A DNA stretch of 61,844 bases, filler included, from Candidatus Woesearchaeota archaeon CG1_02_57_44 (GTDB lineage: Archaea; Nanobdellota; Nanobdellia; Woesearchaeales; CG1-02-57-44), in the NCBI GenBank assembly GCA_001871415.1. It is 6 parts of 6 records of this genome, joined end to end, with 100 filler letters (N's around TTAATTAATTAA, not from the genome) between each part and the next. Parts side by side here need not be neighbours in the genome. Positions count along the whole stretch, not along the records: positions 48,921 to 61,844 come from MNWW01000016.1; 5 more parts are not named here. One strand, given 5' to 3'. A model generated the notes under the pieces. The model was given only the letters and a program-made list of their open reading frames with translations, had not been told where the DNA came from and searched no databases. This document shows positions 57,099-61,844 of the stretch, in pieces. Position numbers and translations under genes: made by a program. Numbering within the stretch: position 1 is the first letter of the stretch; each line of letters starts with the position of its first letter.

Positions 57099-57800
57099 AT
57101 GAAAACGCTCTCAACCATTGCATTGCTTGCGCTTCTGCTGCTTGCCGCCTGCGCTCCCAGGCCAGTCATAACGCCGCAGGATACCAAGATAAAGGGATAT
57201 CTTGGCGAGACCGTCAGGTTCGCGGTCGATTATTTCGTCCCCGGCGCCACGGTCATGCCAAGCGTCGCTGCCTCCTGCGACAACCTCGAGCTGGTGGCGC
57301 AGGACGCCTCAGGCACTCCTGAGAACGGCACCGTCACAGCAGGATTCCTCATCGTGGGCAATCAGCCAGGCAAGGACTGTGTGAGCTTCGATGATACACC
57401 ATTGGCCGTGTCTGTCGAGCCATTGCGCCAGGCAGTCATCCAGTCTGTCATCAATCCCAAGAAAGTGGTGTTTGATGAGGAGCAGCGCATCACTGTCGGT
57501 GTGAAGATGCAGGAGAATTACGCGGCCCAAGAGCTGCGTATCATCATCAGTTCCAAGACCAAGGATATCGCGTTCGGCTCAGAGCCGGAGAACACATCGA
57601 CGCTCGCAGAGTATGTCCTGCCCTTTGACACGGCTCGCTTCCAGAGCTCTGCCGAACCCGTGGCGTTCTTCACAGTCCCTGACGCTGGCTTCTCTGAGGT
57701 CACCTTGCAGCCCATTGTCATCGAGCTCTATATAGCCAAGAACAGCCGCTGGTACATGCTGGATTCTAGGACAATCGACGGTCTGCCCGCGTCCAAGTGA
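57099..57800 (+). CDS. Secreted lipoprotein-like protein
   Basis: MKTLSTIALLALLLLAAC lipobox-like signal. Confidence 0.7.
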   Translation: MKTLSTIALLALLLLAACAPRPVITPQDTKIKGYLGETVRFAVDYFVPGATVMPSVAASCDNLELVAQDASGTPENGTVTAGFLIVGNQPGKDCVSFDDTPLAVSVEPLRQAVIQSVINPKKVVFDEEQRITVGVKMQENYAAQELRIIISSKTKDIAFGSEPENTSTLAEYVLPFDTARFQSSAEPVAFFTVPDAGFSEVTLQPIVIELYIAKNSRWYMLDSRTIDGLPASK

Positions 57801-57965
57801 TGGTGGTAGGAAGAAGCACTGCAGGGTATCATTTTAGCGATGTATTAGCTTTCTGTATTGCTATTTGTGACTACGGTCAATTGCCCGGGGAGGTATCGCT
57901 TGGCTATGAGTTCGGCAACCCGCACTGCAGCAGGTTTATATCTCCCCATCGCTCTCCTGTCCAGA

Positions 57966-58763
57966 ATGGCTGGTAGAATCCATCAGGCGCGAAAGGCTTT
58001 CCGCGACAAGGATGAGGCATTGCTGCATAAGAGCCACGAGACCAGTAGTATCCGCGACCAGATATACGAGGAAGGCCATTCAGGCAGTGCCGTGTACCTC
58101 TCTGAATTTGTCTACGGTGGCATGGATGGCGCCGTGACGACCTTCGCCGTGGTGGCGGGCGCGACAGGCGCGATGCTCGCGCCAGGTATCGTCATCATCC
58201 TCGGGTTTGCGAACCTCATCGCTGATGGCTTCTCCATGGCGACAGGCAATTACATATCCGAAAAGACCCAGATGGACTTCATCCGCCGTGAGCGCGCGCG
58301 GGAGGAGTGGGAGATAGAGCAGGTGCCCATGGGCGAGCGTCATGAGATTGAGGAGATTTTCCGTAAGCGCGGACTGAAGGGCAAGAGGCTGCATCAGATA
58401 ACGGATATCATCACTTCTGACAAGGACCTCTGGGTCGATACCATGTTGACCTACGAACTCGGACTTAATGTCACAGACACTAATCCCTGGAAGTCGGCCG
58501 TGGCGACGTTCTTGGGGTTCTTGACCATCGGTATCATTCCGCTGCTGTCCTATCTGTTGGCGTATATCGTTCCGTACTTCGCGGCGCACACCTTCCTGTT
58601 GGCTATCGCGATGACGTTTGTGGCGCTTGCGGCAGTGGGCTATCTCAAGGCCCAGATGACATCCGCGTCTGTCAGCAAAGGTGTCCTGCAGACCGTGCTG
58701 CTCGGCGGAGCCGCCGCCGCTTTGGCGTACGGTGTTGGATATATGCTGCAGGCGCTGGCGTGA
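57966..58763 (+). CDS. VIT1/CCC1-family Fe/Mn transporter
   Basis: VYGGMDGAVTTFAVVAG, ANLIADGFSMATGNYIS, acidic loop. Confidence 0.9.
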   Translation: MAGRIHQARKAFRDKDEALLHKSHETSSIRDQIYEEGHSGSAVYLSEFVYGGMDGAVTTFAVVAGATGAMLAPGIVIILGFANLIADGFSMATGNYISEKTQMDFIRRERAREEWEIEQVPMGERHEIEEIFRKRGLKGKRLHQITDIITSDKDLWVDTMLTYELGLNVTDTNPWKSAVATFLGFLTIGIIPLLSYLLAYIVPYFAAHTFLLAIAMTFVALAAVGYLKAQMTSASVSKGVLQTVLLGGAAAALAYGVGYMLQALA

Positions 58764-58829
58764 TGCGTCCGGTATCTCAATGTAATGGTTTTTTTTGCGA
58801 CCGCAAAGCGCTTTTGTGTACCTCCTCCG

Positions 58830-58923
58830 GGCTTTGTCCTCCTTCGGGGATGTCAATCCGTCACTGGGGGAACACCGCCGAAGCCCGCTGCTGGCATAGT
58901 CAAACGAGATTCAGGACAGAGCC
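58830..58923 (+). mobile_element. 94-bp internally deleted MITE, copy B
   Basis: TIRs GGCTTTGTCCT/AGGACAGAGCC; TSD CCTCCTCCG/CCTCCACCG (8/9); aligns to the reverse complement of ~32287-32372. Confidence 0.8.
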
Positions 58924-58970
58924 CCTCCACCGCAACAACATTTATATGGTCTGCGGGACTCTATCATGTG

Positions 58971-59405
58971 ATGGACAGAAAACTAGTCGTGCAGCAGTCT
59001 GTGCTGGTGCAGGCGTCGCCAGCGGCAGTGTGGAGCGCGCTGATAACACCAGAGATCGTGAAGCGATATTTCTTTGGCACGGAGATAGTCTCTGACTGGC
59101 AGGTAGGTTCTGAGATAATTTTTCAGGGTGAATGGGAGGGCAAGGCCTACAAGGATAAGGGCATCATCCAGGCCATCGTGCCAGGCCATCAATTGCAATA
59201 CACGTACTGGAGCGCGATGTCTGGCCTTCCTGACGAGCCGCAATACTATTCGACGGTGAGTTTCACGCTGGAAAAGATATCCTACGGAACGCGTCTGAGC
59301 GTTAGCCAGCAGGGCTTCGCCAGCAAGGAAGCGCAGGTGCACGCACGGACGGGATGGCAAACCGTGTTGCAAGGGCTAAAAGATGTGATGGAAGGGCGAC
59401 GCTGA
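58971..59405 (+). CDS. SRPBCC/AHSA1-like protein
   Basis: ASPAAVWSALITPEIVKRYFFG...SDWQVGS...GWQTVLQGLK. Confidence 0.88.
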   Translation: MDRKLVVQQSVLVQASPAAVWSALITPEIVKRYFFGTEIVSDWQVGSEIIFQGEWEGKAYKDKGIIQAIVPGHQLQYTYWSAMSGLPDEPQYYSTVSFTLEKISYGTRLSVSQQGFASKEAQVHARTGWQTVLQGLKDVMEGRR

Positions 59406-59495
59406 GCGCATATCCAGCGCCTGCTCGGGCATGCTGACATCACGACCACGGACATCTACCTGCACAAGCTGATGAGTCCATTGGATAGATTATAA
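59406..59495 (+). pseudogene. C-terminal remnant of a tyrosine recombinase
   Basis: AHIQRLLGHADITTTDIYLHKLMSPLDRL*; box II motif with catalytic Tyr. Confidence 0.8.
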
Positions 59496-59573
59496 TCTCT
59501 CGAAAGGGCCTCTCGCGCTACTTTTTTTTGGGATGATGGATCGGCTTTCCTAAGCTGGTCGCCTACACCTTCT

Positions 59574-61607
59574 CTAAACGAGCAGCAGGTCATTTGCCTT
59601 CCCCCTTCTCTCCAATTCTCTCATACGATCCCTGATGGCGATGGCCTCCTCGAAGTTGAGCGCGTCGGCCGCTTCGCGCATCCGTGTATCTAATTCAATC
59701 AACAGATTCGGTATGTCCGCGACCGGTATATGCTTGACGTCCTTGACGTCGACAATCTTCTCCTTGATGGGCTTTACTATCGTCGCAGGCACTATGCCAT
59801 GCGTCTTATTGAACTTTTCCTGCAGCCGCCGCCTGCGCGCAGTCTCGAGCATGGCCAGCTTCATGCTGTCCGTCTCCTTATCAGCGTACAGGACGACCTG
59901 GCTGTTGGCGTTTCGCGCCGCCCTACCGATAGTCTGTATCAGGCTGCGGCCATCACGCAGGAACCCTTCCTTGTCAGCGTCGAGTATCCCGATGAAGCAC
60001 ACTTCGGGGATGTCCAGGCCCTCGCGCAGCAGATTGATCCCCACGAGCACGTCGAACTGTCCCAGCCGTAGCTGCCGGATGATCTCGCTCCGCTCCAATG
60101 TCTCGATGTCAGAGTGCAGGTAGCGCGTCTTGACGCCTGCTCGTGCCAGATAGTCTGTGAGCTCTTCTGCCAATCGTTTCGTCAGCGTGGTCACGAGCGC
60201 CCGATCACCGCGCGCCACCACCGATTCGATCTCCTGCTTCAGGTCGTCCATCTGACCAGCTATCGGGCGCACCTGGACGACAGGATCAAGCAGTCCAGTG
60301 GGCCTGATGACCTGCTCGACCACCTGCGAGCTCCTCGAGGTCTCATACTCCGCTGGCGTAGCTGAAACAAACACGGTCTGTGCAGTTTCGAGATAGTTCT
60401 CTATCTCCACGAATTTCAACGGTCTATTATCGTACGCCGAAGGCAGCCGGAAGCCATATTCGACAAGATTCCTCTTGCGCGCGAGGTCGCCATTGTACAT
60501 CGCGCGCAGCTGCGGGACGGTCTGGTGGCTCTCATCGATGAAGATCAGGAACGGTGCTGAAAAATAGTCGATCAGGCAGAACGGCTTCTCACCGGGCTTC
60601 CTGCCGTCAAAGTGCCGCGAGTAGTTCTCGATGCCTTTGCAAAAGCCCGTCTCCTGTATCATCTCTAGGTCGTGCAGTGTGCGCTGCCGCAGCCGGTGCG
60701 CCTGCAGCGGCTCAAGATCCTTGACGCGGGAAGCAAGCTCATCGCGTATCCCGTCCATCGCAGCGTCAAGCTTCTCCTGTGGTATGACAAAGTGCTTGGC
60801 AGGGAAGACATGCAGGTATCCGAGCGCTTCTAGGGGCTTTTGGTTCCTATGGTCAAGCTCCGTGATGCTTCCCACGGAGTTCCCGTCCATCTCGATGCGG
60901 AAGATGTTAGTGTGGTAGCTTGGTATCAGGTCGATGGTACCTCCCCGCGTCCTGAAGCGTCCGGGCGCAAGTTCGATATCATTGCGCTCGTATTGCGCAT
61001 CCACCAATCGACCCATCAGCTCCCGTCGCGTGAGCTGCTCACCTGCGGTCAGGGAGAATCCCATGTCCCGGTAGTCTGCGGGGTCGCCGACGCTGTAGAT
61101 GCACGAGACCGAGGCGACCACGATGACATCCCTGCGCGACAGCAATGATGCCGTCGCGGACAGGCGCATCTGCTCGAGCCGTGGGTTGACCTGTGCGTCC
61201 TTCTCGATGTACTTGTCGGTCTGCGGAAGGTATGATTCCGGCTGATAGAAGTCATAGTAGCTCACGAAGTATTCCACCCGGTTCTCCGGGAAGAGCTCCT
61301 TGAGCTCCTGATAGAGCTGGGCAGCGAGCGTCTTGTTGTGCGCGATGATGAGCGTGGGCATCTGCGTCGCGGCGATGACATTGGCCATGGTGAAGGTCTT
61401 GCCTGAGCCCGTGACACCAAGCAGGGTCTGCTGCTGCATGCCCTGCGAGAGTCCCCTGACCAGCTTAGCGATGGCCTCCGGCTGGCTTCCCGCCGGCTTC
61501 ATGTCAGTCGTGAGCTTGAATCCAACAGATTCCATCATCGTCTTTGCCTGAACACCATCTTTCTCTTGTTTCTTTCCCTTTCCTGCCATTGCTTTTCGTC
61601 CTGCCAT
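59574..61607 (-). CDS. uvrB: Excinuclease ABC subunit B
   Basis: GVTGSGKT, AHNKTLAAQL, DESH, GINLLREGLD, QTIGRAARN, C-terminal UVR motif. Confidence 0.98.
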   Translation of the reverse strand: MAGRKAMAGKGKKQEKDGVQAKTMMESVGFKLTTDMKPAGSQPEAIAKLVRGLSQGMQQQTLLGVTGSGKTFTMANVIAATQMPTLIIAHNKTLAAQLYQELKELFPENRVEYFVSYYDFYQPESYLPQTDKYIEKDAQVNPRLEQMRLSATASLLSRRDVIVVASVSCIYSVGDPADYRDMGFSLTAGEQLTRRELMGRLVDAQYERNDIELAPGRFRTRGGTIDLIPSYHTNIFRIEMDGNSVGSITELDHRNQKPLEALGYLHVFPAKHFVIPQEKLDAAMDGIRDELASRVKDLEPLQAHRLRQRTLHDLEMIQETGFCKGIENYSRHFDGRKPGEKPFCLIDYFSAPFLIFIDESHQTVPQLRAMYNGDLARKRNLVEYGFRLPSAYDNRPLKFVEIENYLETAQTVFVSATPAEYETSRSSQVVEQVIRPTGLLDPVVQVRPIAGQMDDLKQEIESVVARGDRALVTTLTKRLAEELTDYLARAGVKTRYLHSDIETLERSEIIRQLRLGQFDVLVGINLLREGLDIPEVCFIGILDADKEGFLRDGRSLIQTIGRAARNANSQVVLYADKETDSMKLAMLETARRRRLQEKFNKTHGIVPATIVKPIKEKIVDVKDVKHIPVADIPNLLIELDTRMREAADALNFEEAIAIRDRMRELERRGKANDLLLV

Positions 61608-61612
61608 GTTAT

Positions 61613-61745
61613 TGCAAAGCACGGGGTTGAATACCCCGTCCTTCAGGACGTGCTTTGCAATTCAAAAATCCGCCTGCAATGACGAGGCGCGGTAATACCG
61701 CGGCCTTCAGGCCGCGGTTAGCGCCGAGTGGCGGATTTTTGTTAT
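61613..61745 (+). mobile_element. 133-bp IS200/IS605-type palindromic element, copy 3
   Basis: Identical to copy 1; lies between the uvrC stop and the uvrB start. Confidence 0.85.
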
Positions 61746-61844
61746 CGTGCTTCCCTGAGGGCTTTTCGCCGCAGGAGCCGATGATACGAGAGCGCGAAAC
61801 GGTGCGCCTCATCCCTGATGGCCTGCAGGAGGTGCAATTCCTTC
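61742..61844 (-). CDS. uvrC: Excinuclease ABC subunit C, 3' end (partial)
   Basis: Manual translation KELHLLQAIRDEAHRFALSYHRLLRRKALREAR*. Confidence 0.9.
   Translation of the reverse strand, partial: KELHLLQAIRDEAHRFALSYHRLLRRKALREAR

Noticed and set aside
59403..59405. TGA read-through or alternative genetic code joining SRPBCC to the integrase tail
   Set aside because: TGA terminates many well-conserved genes here (dnaK, dnaJ, ABCE1, copA) at expected positions, and the fusion makes no structural sense.
61609..61812. Short ORFs ending NKNPPLGANRGLKAAVLPRL...RALQ (also at 49016-49297 and 31446-31934)
   Set aside because: The shared peptide is only the translation of the repeated non-coding element.

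Overview
This window is archaeal DNA of moderately high GC, most consistent with a DPANN/Woesearchaeota-type MAG (inference from TATA-type promoters, ABCE1, NOG1, class III signal-peptide proteins and a CCA-less tRNA). It is six contigs joined by artificial N-TTAATTAATTAA-N spacers (10413-10512, 22785-22884, 31240-31339, 39811-39910, 48821-48920), so adjacency across spacers is not biological. Coding content: a MoxR-AAA/HExxH-VWA module, two fragments of giant Ig-like/Cys-rich surface proteins (>3900 and >2900 aa), a grpE-dnaK-dnaJ operon with a divergent wHTH regulator, tRNA-Thr(CGT), a RelE-type toxin-antitoxin pair, asd, two tandem multi-HTH paralogs with a sigma70-region-2-like C-terminus, ABCE1, a long PurA, a copper/metal cluster, and uvrC-uvrB. 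The strongest non-ORF signals are two miniature mobile-element families. (1) A 133-bp element in three near-identical copies whose AATA guides, hairpins and TTAT cleavage sites fit IS200/IS605 (Y1/HUH) rules; one copy sits exactly between the uvrC stop and uvrB start and regenerates the stop codon. (2) An IS903-like MITE in two copies with 9-bp target duplications, both just upstream of TATA boxes.
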